A stretch of 64,000 nt of DNA from Octopus vulgaris (Eukaryota): the NCBI GenBank assembly GCA_951406725.2, contig OX597821.1, forward strand, positions 55,118,001 to 55,182,000, in the 5' to 3' direction. Below, piece by piece: positions 54,667-64,000 of this stretch (positions within the stretch are counted from its first letter, which is position 1; the number at the start of each line of letters is the position of its first letter). The notes under the pieces are model-generated. The model was not told the origin of the DNA. It was given only the letters and a program-made list of their open reading frames with translations, and did no database searches. Position numbers and translations under genes: made by a program.

Positions 54667-54718
54667 GTCTTACAGCTGTTTCTAGGATATTAATTAATAG
54701 TATCCCTTCATCGGAGAC
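54667..54718 (-). ncRNA. Type I hammerhead ribozyme (U4C variant)
   Basis: gtct-CCGATGA-agggata..tatccta-GAAA-cagctg-TA-agac: helix I gtct/agac, palindromic helix III acagctgt, GUA cleavage triplet. Confidence 0.7.
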
Positions 54719-55006
54719 GCTTTGATAGGAGAAATTAAGTCATAGTTTCGATGTGATACAAAATAGAGAGTGAGGTGGAGGAAAAAAATAGATGTAAGAT
54801 ATGTATGGGTATTGAATTTATAAATCCGTTTTATTGGCATAATAGTATATATGCAATATTCCAATATCCTTTGAATAAAATCCAAAGGTCCAACTGAGTT
54901 TAATGTGAGTCCTTCCAAATATAGGGTTTATGCACAATGTAAGATTCCCTTATGAGTGAGATGCATATATATATAGTGTGAGAGAGAGAGTGAGATAGAT
55001 AGATAG

Positions 55007-55043
<37 letters not shown>

Positions 55044-55200
55044 AAAGTTCAATAAACAGTTACCAGGGTAGCAAAATTCACGCAAGTAACATGGATGAAG
55101 CGACCTATTCAAAGGTAGAAACTCCGGGTTAATGTGCACCAATTTGTGTAGTATAAGTAAATAAATGGAGTTGAACGAAGATGTTATTAAAATTCTATTA

Positions 55201-55283
55201 CTTTCGACATATGTTTCGAAGACAACATTGGTTTTATTCCAAAGGAATAAACGGTGTAAAATGCAATCTTCTCATCAGCAAAG
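55201..55283 (-). ncRNA. Type I hammerhead ribozyme, inverted copy
   Basis: Same as 55380-55462 but helix I reads ctttg (mismatch next to the core). Confidence 0.75.
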
Positions 55284-55379
55284 AAGGGGAGCCTATCTCA
55301 ACAACAAGATATTATAACAATTACATTATAACATTATAACAATTGTTATAATGTCTTGTGGTTGAGATAGGCTTTCTTT

Positions 55380-55462
55380 CTTTCCTGATGAGAAGATTGC
55401 ATTTTACACCGTTTATTCCTTTGGAATAAAACCAATGTTGTCTTCGAAACATATGTCGAAAG
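55380..55462 (+). ncRNA. Type I hammerhead ribozyme, canonical core
   Basis: ctttc-CTGATGA-gaaga..tcttc-GAAA-catatg-TC-gaaag; predicted cleavage after C55457; palindromic helix III acatatgt. Confidence 0.88.
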
Positions 55463-55507
55463 TAATAGAATTTTAATAACATCTTCGTTCAACTCCATTT
55501 ATTTACT

Positions 55508-55573
<66 letters not shown>

Positions 55574-55691
55574 TATATATATATATACCGGAGTAAACAC
55601 ATAAATGTGAAACAAGGTGGAAAAAAGAGTACTCAAATACCAGTGGTAGAGTAATATGCTTTATTTTAAGCAGCAGAAAATTCAACAAAAT

Positions 55692-55729
55692 CTGTTACTC
55701 TGAGTTTCTCGTTGCCGTTCATCAGACAG
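55692..55729 (-). ncRNA. Minimal type I hammerhead ribozyme, inverted copy
   Basis: Exact reverse complement of 55991-56028. Confidence 0.8.
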
Positions 55730-55990
55730 TTTTTGCTAGAATGGAACCGATATATCAATTCAATCTAGACTCTTACAAACGCTACACCTTTAAAAAGAAA
55801 TGGACTTGTTTGATTGGCCCTTTAGAAAAAAACGGTCAATCTTCGAGCGATAAACAAAAAGGTTGTTTATCGCTCGAAGATTGACCGTTTTTTTCTAAAG
55901 GGCCAATCAAACAAGTCCATTTCTTTTTAAAGGTGTAGCGTTTGTAAGAGTCTAGATTGAATTGATATATCGGTTCCATTCTAGCAAAAA

Positions 55991-56028
55991 CTGTCTGATG
56001 AACGGCAACGAGAAACTCAGAGTAACAG
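55991..56028 (+). ncRNA. Minimal type I hammerhead ribozyme
   Basis: ctgt-CTGATGA-acgGCAAcga-GAAA-ctcagag-TA-acag; GNRA-capped helix II; GUA cleavage triplet. Confidence 0.8.
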
Positions 56029-56245
56029 ATTTTGTTGAATTTTCTGCTGCTTAAAATAAAGTATATATATATATATATAGGTTATAAAATGAGATAGGGG
56101 TTGAAAATTCAACCCACCATGGGATAATATATATCCAATATACTGCTAGATAGGTACCCAACAAAAATAATACATAGATGTTAAAAATTATCATCGGATA
56201 GTTGATGTTTTACTGATTTAAGTATGTTTCTCCATTCTCTAATTT

Positions 56246-56323
<78 letters not shown>

Positions 56324-56329
56324 GAGAGA

Positions 56330-56612
56330 GAGGGCGCGTAGCTTTGTGGTTAGGGCATTCGGCTCATGATCGTAAGGTTGTGAGTTCGCGTTGTGAGACG
56401 CGTTGTGTCCTTGAGCAAGACATTTTATTTCACGTTGCTCCAATCTAGTCAGCTGGCAAAAATGAGTAGTCGCTGTATTTCAAAAAGAAAAAGTGGGGCC
56501 AGACTTGTCACATTCTGTGTCACGCTGAATCTCCTTGCAAACTACGTTAAGGGTACACATATCTGTGGAATGCTCAGCTACTTGCACGTTAATCATAACC
56601 GACGGAGTGCTG
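56330..56612 (+). mobile_element. SINE with a distinct tRNA/CORE-like head and the family B tail
   Basis: gtggttagggcattcggctc..gtgtccttgagcaagaca.. then tgtgtcacgctgaatctc..actacgttaagggtacac..aaccgacggagtgc, as in 5263-5440. Confidence 0.8.
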
Positions 56613-56623
56613 CTCTCTCTCTT

Positions 56624-56672
<49 letters not shown>

Positions 56673-57099
56673 ACACGCATATATTTCTGTACATACACAC
56701 AAATATTTGTGGATGTATTAGGTTACTAATTCAAATAGTTATAAAGATAGATGTGTAGCAGGGAATATAAATAAGCTTTTTACATAACCGCTCGCATATT
56801 TCCCACATTTAATTTAAGTGTAAACGTATCACAAACACACACACGCGCGCGCGCACACACACACGCATCACCCATGCACGCAGGCACACACGCACACACG
56901 CACACACAAACACATTCACACCTTCACACACACAATTGTATTGAAATAAACCGAATTGTTCTTTGTATTTTAATATAAATTTACTCACGCTAAATCTATC
57001 TATATGTGTATGTATGTATATATGTATATATATGTATATACAAACACACATGGTGTTCTGACTATAATTGGCACTTTGCACAAAAAGAATAGAAAACGC

Positions 57100-57830
57100 A
57101 ATATCCCACTCAAAGCTAAAATTATTTTTCAAGTACAAGAATCATCAACAAAATTATAGCCAGGTGAAAGCAGGTTATTCAAAGTATCTGCTCTCAACTT
57201 CCGCCGCGGCCTCGAAACGGCCTCAGAACATGGTGCATGCGTTTCTTCGTGTTTCCCTGGGTAAATGTTGGAACGCCTCTTTGATCTCGGTCGCCAGCTC
57301 AGCTTTACTTTTGCAGGCGGAGTGGCTGATGTCTTTCTCAACTGTGTCCCATGTAGTAATCTATGGTATTGCGATCGGAGAGAATTAGGAGGCCAGAAAT
57401 AATGGTTGGTAAAGATGAAGACATTCTCCGACGAACACTTATGACTTTTTCCAGAGGTATGACAAGGACGAGAAACTTGCTGCTACACTTCAAATTCCAG
57501 CACCACCACCCCCCAGCCAAAGTTAGACCACAATGTCCAGGAGCTTCACATGGCCATCAGAATTGAGCCTAACGCCCTGTTCAAAGATGTGGTGAGTCAT
57601 GATTGCACTCTCACTAAAGACACATCCAAAGACCATCATGGACCAGCCGGCTACGGCTTCGTAATCTCCGTTGCAGCTGTCCATGTCACACTTATGCTCT
57701 CTAACAGCGTTGACTGTTCATGAATACACCAAGATGTTCCTCAAGAAGAGACACAAAATATCGTCAAATTCAGCCTAAATACTTTGTATGTAAACGTACA
57801 GGTTCACTTGTATATATATATAAATAAACT
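57100..57830 (-). mobile_element. Tc1/mariner DD37D (maT)-like transposase remnant
   Basis: MVFGCV, QQVSRPCHTS, FWPPNSPDRNTIDYY, NACTMF*GRFEAAAEVESRYFE*. Confidence 0.75.
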
Positions 57831-57904
57831 TAGATATGTTTCGACCAAAGTTTGGTCCAGGCCATGTCTAACTTAATAGGACCACCTGATATGATTATCT
57901 AAAT

Positions 57905-58405
57905 CCTGTTTAAGTCAAGTTTTGTTTATGGTCCATTCAAGTAGTGAGTTTTTGCTGGGTGAGTTGTATCCAATTATGGGTGGCTTAACTGGTATACCTT
58001 GAAGGAATCTATCCAGACTCCGTTTAAAGTTGATGGGATCCTTTTCCTCTTTGATCCCTTTCGGGACAATGTTAAATAGGGTAGGGCCTGTTGAGGAAAA
58101 GAAATTATGTTGCAATGTACATATATGCTGTGATCCTGAATTGGGCAGGGGACGTATGGCCCGTGGTCCCAGTCTTGGATGAACCTTGAAGCTAATGTTC
58201 AGGTCATTTGAGCAAAGTTGGCGGTATCTTCTCCACATCGTACAAATGATGTATCGCTCACGGCGGCGCTGGAGAGAGTAGAATTTCAAGGCTTTAAGCC
58301 AGTCCCAATAATTGAGAGCAGCCATGCCTTCAATTCGTTTAGTGAGTGCCCTCTGGGGTGATTCAATCCTCGAGATGTTTTGTCTTTATGGGGAGACCAC
58401 AGCGG
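57905..58405 (-). mobile_element. CR1-like LINE 3' fragment
   Basis: [49 protein letters not shown]. Confidence 0.85.
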
Positions 58406-58476
58406 GCAGCAGCATTATATATATATGTATATATATGTATATATATATATATATATATGTACGTATATATACATAC

Positions 58477-58509
<33 letters not shown>

Positions 58510-58703
58510 CGTATATATATACATATATATATGTATATATATATATATGTATTATATGTGTATATATGTATATTTTTACTTTATATATATATTATTTTAT
58601 ATCTTTTAATTGCAATTTAATTTTCTTTATACAATTTTATTTATATGTAATTCTTATTCACATATCGTACCGTTTTTTTATGTGTATATATATGTATATT
58701 TTT

Positions 58704-58758
<55 letters not shown>

Positions 58759-58809
58759 TTATCGCGTATCTTTTACTTTTTTATATTTATATATAATTCT
58801 TATTTATAT

Positions 58810-59069
58810 TTGAAAATCTCATATCGTACCTTTCCAGTGCGTTCAAAAATCACATAAATTCCACCTCCAATTTTCCATGACAGCTTAGGGCCTGAAATAT
58901 CTCAAACGGACGCATAGCACATTGCTTAGTTGAATTAGCCCAGCATTTACTCCACAAATGTTTTGTTGTCAATGCTACACTTTCCCATAGCTGTTTCAAC
59001 ATAACTGAATTATATTATACACAAACTATGCCCTTTTAACCCCGAGCAACGCTGGACATCTCTGCTAGT
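58810..59069 (+). mobile_element. Helitron-like 3' end
   Basis: GC-rich hairpin-like cccgagcaacgctgga followed by ..tgCTAGt; 5' boundary uncertain. Confidence 0.5.
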
Positions 59070-59296
59070 ACTACATATAATATTTATAAACAAACAAGAA
59101 CGGTTTTGTAAGTTACTGAGACAAAGCTACAATGCAAGACTCAACGTTTGTCTGTCATTTGCTTATATTTAAGAATTTTCGCATCAAATCGAAGAATTTG
59201 TATTATGATATATCATTATACAGTTATTATCATACTAACTTACAAAGCGGTTCTTGTTCGTATAAAAATAGTATGTTCATACATATGCATATATAT

Positions 59297-59331
<35 letters not shown>

Positions 59332-59385
59332 CAGACAGACAGACAGACAGACAGACAAACAAACAGAGAAACCGACTGACAGACG

Positions 59386-59425
<40 letters not shown>

Positions 59426-59849
59426 TAGTACAAGGTAACAAATAATACAACAAAACTGGATAAAAGAAATAGATACAGAATTTGGTATTAGTTTGATGCT
59501 TAGGAAATGGAAATAAAAAAGAAATGCTTTCAACACCTTATATATACATTCTTATTCTGAAAGAAAAGAGGTTACAAAAGGTGTGAGTGGCAAGCGGTAC
59601 TACTCTAAACTGGTGAATATGTGTGCGCACACAAGTGTGTGTATGAGACTGTTGCGTGCATGCATGTATGCGTGTATGTACACACGCATGTAAGTTGATT
59701 TTATTACGGTCTTAATATTTGTATAAATATGGGTAGCAACGTCAGACTGTAACTGAAATGTGAATCATTGAGCATGTTTGCTTGAGATAGCAATGTATAC
59801 ATGTATATGTATACATACATACACACGTACACACACACACACACACACA

Positions 59850-59904
<55 letters not shown>

Positions 59905-59966
59905 ATGTATGTGTGAACTTTGTCGACCAATCGCAATCAACTTCTCTCATTCAAATTCAAATATAA

Positions 59967-60025
<59 letters not shown>

Positions 60026-60089
60026 TAAAGTTAATCCTAACAAGAAAACACAAAAAAACACACCAACGCGGGGACGTGCTCTACGTCGT

Positions 60090-60103
60090 TGTGGTGTCCT
60101 GTA

Positions 60104-60154
<51 letters not shown>

Positions 60155-60917
60155 ATATACATGCAGATGTAGGTACGTACATATATGTATGTATGTATGC
60201 ATATATTTTATTTATTAAATTGTTATTATATGACTGAGCGCCATCGCGTCGTTTCGTTTCTTTCCTCCAAGTAAGTTTTTATATATTAATTATGACGCGA
60301 ACTCTTTAACCCTTTACTTGACCTTCCTTCCTTCCTGTCTGTCTTCCTCTCTACCTGTCTCTCTCCTTCTTAGTTTTCACCCTTTCTGGTTTCCTTTCCT
60401 CTCTCTATCTCTCTCTCTCTCTCTCACTCCTCCTCATCTCTCTCACTGCTGAGTGGACTACTAGCTTCCTTTTGCTCGCAGCTTTCTACAAGTCATCATC
60501 GACTTCTTCTGTCTCTTGAAAGTCGATTCTAATTTGCGCTCCGAATTTTTCCATCGTCTAGGCCTAAGAAAGCCTTCCGTTGGTTTCATTGTCCTGTTTT
60601 TATTCTTTATGTGTACTGTATTTTTATTTGTATTGCTTTTACGTCCTGTTCTTGTCACTTTTTTTCTTTCCTTGTTTTACCCCTCTGCAAAAGAATTTGA
60701 TTTAATTCATTTTGCAGGAAGGATTGCTTCGACCGGATCGTGTTCTGTCCTTACCTTCGAAACACGCATTGAGTCGAACCAGGGACAGCTGATGAAGGGG
60801 AATATTCCTTGTATTGTTTGTCTTGTACTGTTTTTTCGTTGTTAAAAAAGTCCGTTTCCTAGTTTGTTTTTGTTTTCGTTTCTCGTTGTGTTCTATGTTT
60901 ATTTGTGGTGCCCTGTA

Positions 60918-60925
<8 letters not shown>
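60090..60925 (+). repeat. Unit of about 820 bp bounded by short direct repeats and (TA)n; contains hammerhead core motifs
   Basis: ttgtggtg(t/c)cctgtactca(TA)n at about 60089-60108 and 60903-60921; CTGATGA at 60789 and GAAAC at 60759. Confidence 0.6.
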
Positions 60926-60966
<41 letters not shown>

Positions 60967-61061
60967 AAAATTTTTTTTTTTTTTTTTTTTAAATGCAGAA
61001 TGCTCAAATGAAAGAAAATTTTAATAAAATGAGAAATTGATAAAATATATAAATATATATT

Positions 61062-61102
61062 TATTCAACCGGTTTTCGTCATTGTATGACTTGTCAAGAA
61101 TA
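61062..61102 (-). ncRNA. Hammerhead ribozyme variant (U3-A8) in the PLE 3' end
   Basis: tattc-TTGACAA-gtcat-aca-atgac-GAAAA-ccgg-TT-gaata; on the sense strand of the PLE. Confidence 0.7.
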
Positions 61103-61734
61103 TTTATGTTTTAAGAAGTTTTTTTAAAAATTAGAAAGGGGAAAAAAAGAAAGTTGCATTGTTTTTTGTAAAAGAATAATGATAAAAATGTACAAAAATT
61201 AAAAATAAGTTCTCCGATACATTGTGAGTTCGTTGTGTATCTTGAGTTTTATGGTTGTTTACGAAAAAATTACCTTGAGGTGTTAAGATCCAAAGGGATT
61301 AAGAGCATGTGTTGTGTTGTGTTGTTAAATTCAGCATGTTTGCAGGACAGGAAGTAGTAGTAATTGTGGTCCTGGTTCTTCAGTTCCTGTGTTGTGAGTA
61401 AGGGGAGACAACTCTTTTGAGTTCTTCAATAAAACCCAAATTATAAAACTATCATTTTAGCTTCATTTGCATTATCTTTTTTATATAATTGCTTGTTAAC
61501 TTAACTTTCAGATTTTAACACTTTATTTATATTATTTTCTAATAATATAAATCTGCATAGATAATTGCATTTCAAATTGTCATATCATTTATAATAAAAA
61601 TGATAGTAATAACAACAATAGTAAAAATGATATTTAAAGAATATAAGTTTTAGCTTGAAGTGATGAATGCATTGTATCTTTATATATTTGTGTTAGTCCA
61701 TCCATGAAGAGTGAGGTAGAGAAAGGAAGTTTGA

Positions 61735-62975
61735 TCAACGAGGAGTTTGCATATTAAGTTGTGTTTGGAATTTTTCAATAAAGAGATTCTCCTTGTTAAT
61801 TCTCTCCTGTGTGGTGATCCCGTCTTTACATTGGTAGAAGGGGAATATATAGAATTTGGGGTTTAAGTCTTTAGCACATGAGTCTAAGTGGTCACTCAGT
61901 GGAATTTGTCGGTATTCCGGGAGATTTATTTGTTCTTTATGCACCGTTACTCGTTTACGTAACGGGAGACTCGTTTGTCCAACATAATTATGTTGGCAAC
62001 CAGCGCATGTGAGAACGTAGATAAGGTTCTCGGAGGAACAGGAGAAGTTAGTCTTGATTTTAAACTTCGTACCTTGTTTGAAGGTAAATTCAGAGCCTTC
62101 AAGTAGAAAGGGGCAGGTACCACAGTTTGAGCGTGCACATTTTTTTACTGTTGGGGGTGGATGTGGTGTGTGAAGTTTGGCATTTGTCAAGAGTTTTTTT
62201 AAAGATTTGTGTTGCTTTTTGCATTTGAGGATTTTGTGTGTATTTATAATGTTTTTCATTTTTGGGTCTGTTGACAGTAGACTGAGGTTTTGTATGATTG
62301 TGGTGTATGCTTCGATATTTTTGGGGTTGTGGGTGGAAATGTATGGAAGTATTTTGAGGTTGTGTGTGGTGTTAGGTTGGGTGGTTTTCAGTGTAGTGTT
62401 GTCTAGTTCTTTGGCGCGTTTTATTCCATACTCTATAAGGGTGGAGGGATATTGACGTTGTAATAGTGTTTTTTTGAGGTCTTGAAGGCGTATTTCTCGT
62501 GTTTTTGGATCCGAGACAATGGTGCATACCCTTTTAGCTAAATTGAAAGGGATATTTGTCTTGGTGTGTTTTGGGTGGCATGAACTAAAGAGGAGGTATT
62601 GTTGTGAGTCTGTAGGTTTGTGGTAGATGTCTGTTATGATTTCGTTCTTAGGTGTTTTTATAATTAGGAGATCAAGGAATGGGAGAAGATGTTTGCTTAA
62701 TTCCATAGTGAATTGGATGTTGGGATGTATGTTGTTTAGTATGGTTTTGAATTCCAGGAGTTTTTCATAAGGTTCTTTCCATATGATGAAACAATCATCT
62801 AAATACCTTTTCCAGTTTTCCATTAGGTAGGTGTGGAAAACATGTCCAAATTTCTGGCTTGATATTTCATAGAGTGACAGTTCGAAGTAACCCATTATGA
62901 GGTTCGCAAGGACTGGTGCAGCCTTGGTACCCATCGCAATGCCACATTTTTGACGGTAGTGTGTGTCGTCGAAGA
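61735..62975 (-). CDS. PLE ORF, C-terminal part (RT core, thumb, GIY-YIG endonuclease)
   Basis: Open frame LFDDTHYRQKCGIAMGTKAAP... to the stop at 61735-61737 (399-aa ORF in the track). Confidence 0.9.
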
Positions 62976-63697
62976 GAAAAAATTGTTTGTCAGAATGAAC
63001 TTAAGAGATTCTGTAATAAAAGACTTGTTAATGCGGTCAGGGAATGTCTCTGGGTGTTTTTCTAGCCAGAAATCAATTGCCTCTATACCATACTCATGTG
63101 GAATGTTGGTGTTGAGGTTGATGACATCAAAGGATACCAGGAGTGCCTCCTCGTTAACTGTTTTCGGGAGGTGTTTGAGCATGTCCAGATCATCCCTAAT
63201 GAAACGTTTGATGTGGGTAAGGAAAGGTTTCAAAAGGATGTCTAGGAAGTTACTCAGGCGGTGTGTTTCACAGGAGGTACCAGCCGCGATGGGCCTTAGT
63301 TTTAGGTCCTCCGGTGCTTTGATGTTGATGTGAATGTCAGTGGAGAGTTTGCAGGCTTCGGTGATGTATTTGTTTTTATGTATTTTAGGAAGGCCATAAA
63401 AAAGGCTGGGCTTGCATTTGAAAATGGTGATATAATCCCTTTCTTTTTCTGTGAGTCCCTGACCGTGTTGGCGTATGAGTGTGGTGAGGTTTCTGATTGT
63501 TTTTTGCTGTTTGTAGTTGTTAATAACCTCATAGAAAATGTTATTGTTAAGCATGGAGAACACTAGGTGTTTATAAAATTCCGTGTCCATAAGGACCACA
63601 GCACTCCCTTTGTCCGCTTCTTTGATGGTGAGGTTTTTATCCAGTTGTATGTCACGTAGGTTTTCCCATTCTTCCTTGCTGAAATTGGATTTTATAA
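62976..63697 (-). CDS. PLE ORF, N-terminal RT part (joined to the C-terminal part across one frameshift)
   Basis: 277-aa ORF in the track; the frame changes in the A6 run at about 62977-62982. Confidence 0.85.
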
Positions 63698-64000
63698 AAA
63701 CACCTAAGAACGAAATCATAACAGACATCTACCACAAACCTACAGACTCACAACAATACCTCCTCTTTAGTTCATGCCACCCAAAACACACCAAGACAAA
63801 TATCCCTTTCAATTTAGCTAAAAGGGTATGCACCATTGTCTCGAATCCAAAAACACGAGAAATACGCCTTCAAGACCTCAAAAAAACACTATTACAACGT
63901 CAATATCCCTCCACCCTTATAGAGTATGGAATAAAACGCGCCAAAGAACTAGACAACACTACACTGAAAACCACCCAACCTAACACCGCACACAACCTCA
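63692..64000 (+). mobile_element. Inverted second copy of the PLE, starting in the RT thumb and running off the window
   Basis: Reverse complement of about 62355-62663 with two substitutions seen. Confidence 0.93.

Larger units (their letters stand above)
55154..55509. repeat. Head-to-head inverted repeat (about 167-bp arms) of a Penelope-type terminal repeat
   Basis: Outer ~125 bp identical, a few differences near the centre; each arm carries a hammerhead; flanked by (TA)n. Confidence 0.92.
55659..56061. repeat. Perfect inverted repeat, 199-bp arms, 5-nt loop
   Basis: 55659-55857 is the reverse complement of 55863-56061 (no mismatch seen by eye); loop aaagg. Confidence 0.95.
61020..63697 (-). 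mobile_element. Penelope-like element (RT + GIY-YIG), 5'-truncated, young
   Basis: IKEADKGSAVV, FYGLPKIHK, LRPI, SFDVINL, AMGTKAAP, WKRYLDDCF, LPFLD, YHKPT..YL..S.HP, IY..TC..C..YVGQT; 3' UTR with a hammerhead. Confidence 0.95.

Overview
AT-rich, microsatellite-dense eukaryotic DNA; the repeat landscape suggests a cephalopod, probably Octopus (inferred, not proven). The only host coding sequence I can support is one 472-nt internal exon (2009-2480, minus strand) of a natriuretic-peptide-receptor/receptor-guanylyl-cyclase extracellular domain, plus a decayed partial copy of it. The rest is intron or intergenic DNA filled with mobile elements: several tRNA-derived SINE families; L1/Tx1-, CR1-, R4/Dong- and HERO/NeSL-like LINE remnants; a Gypsy remnant; Tc1, DD37D and pogo-like remnants; a TTAA-flanked Kolobok-like element (THAP + KolX-like genes) with nested retroelements; Helentron/Helitron-like pieces; and a young Penelope-like element (RT + GIY-YIG). 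Three highlights: (1) a cluster of hammerhead ribozymes in head-to-head inverted Penelope-type fragments inside (TA)n tracts; (2) a candidate hammerhead at 60739-60800 whose strand order fits none of types I/II/III; (3) a Tx1-like ORF2 piece, an ORF1-only unit and a SINE family sharing one 3' tail, the first two in a head-to-tail array. All calls were made by eye, and boundaries of decayed elements are approximate.
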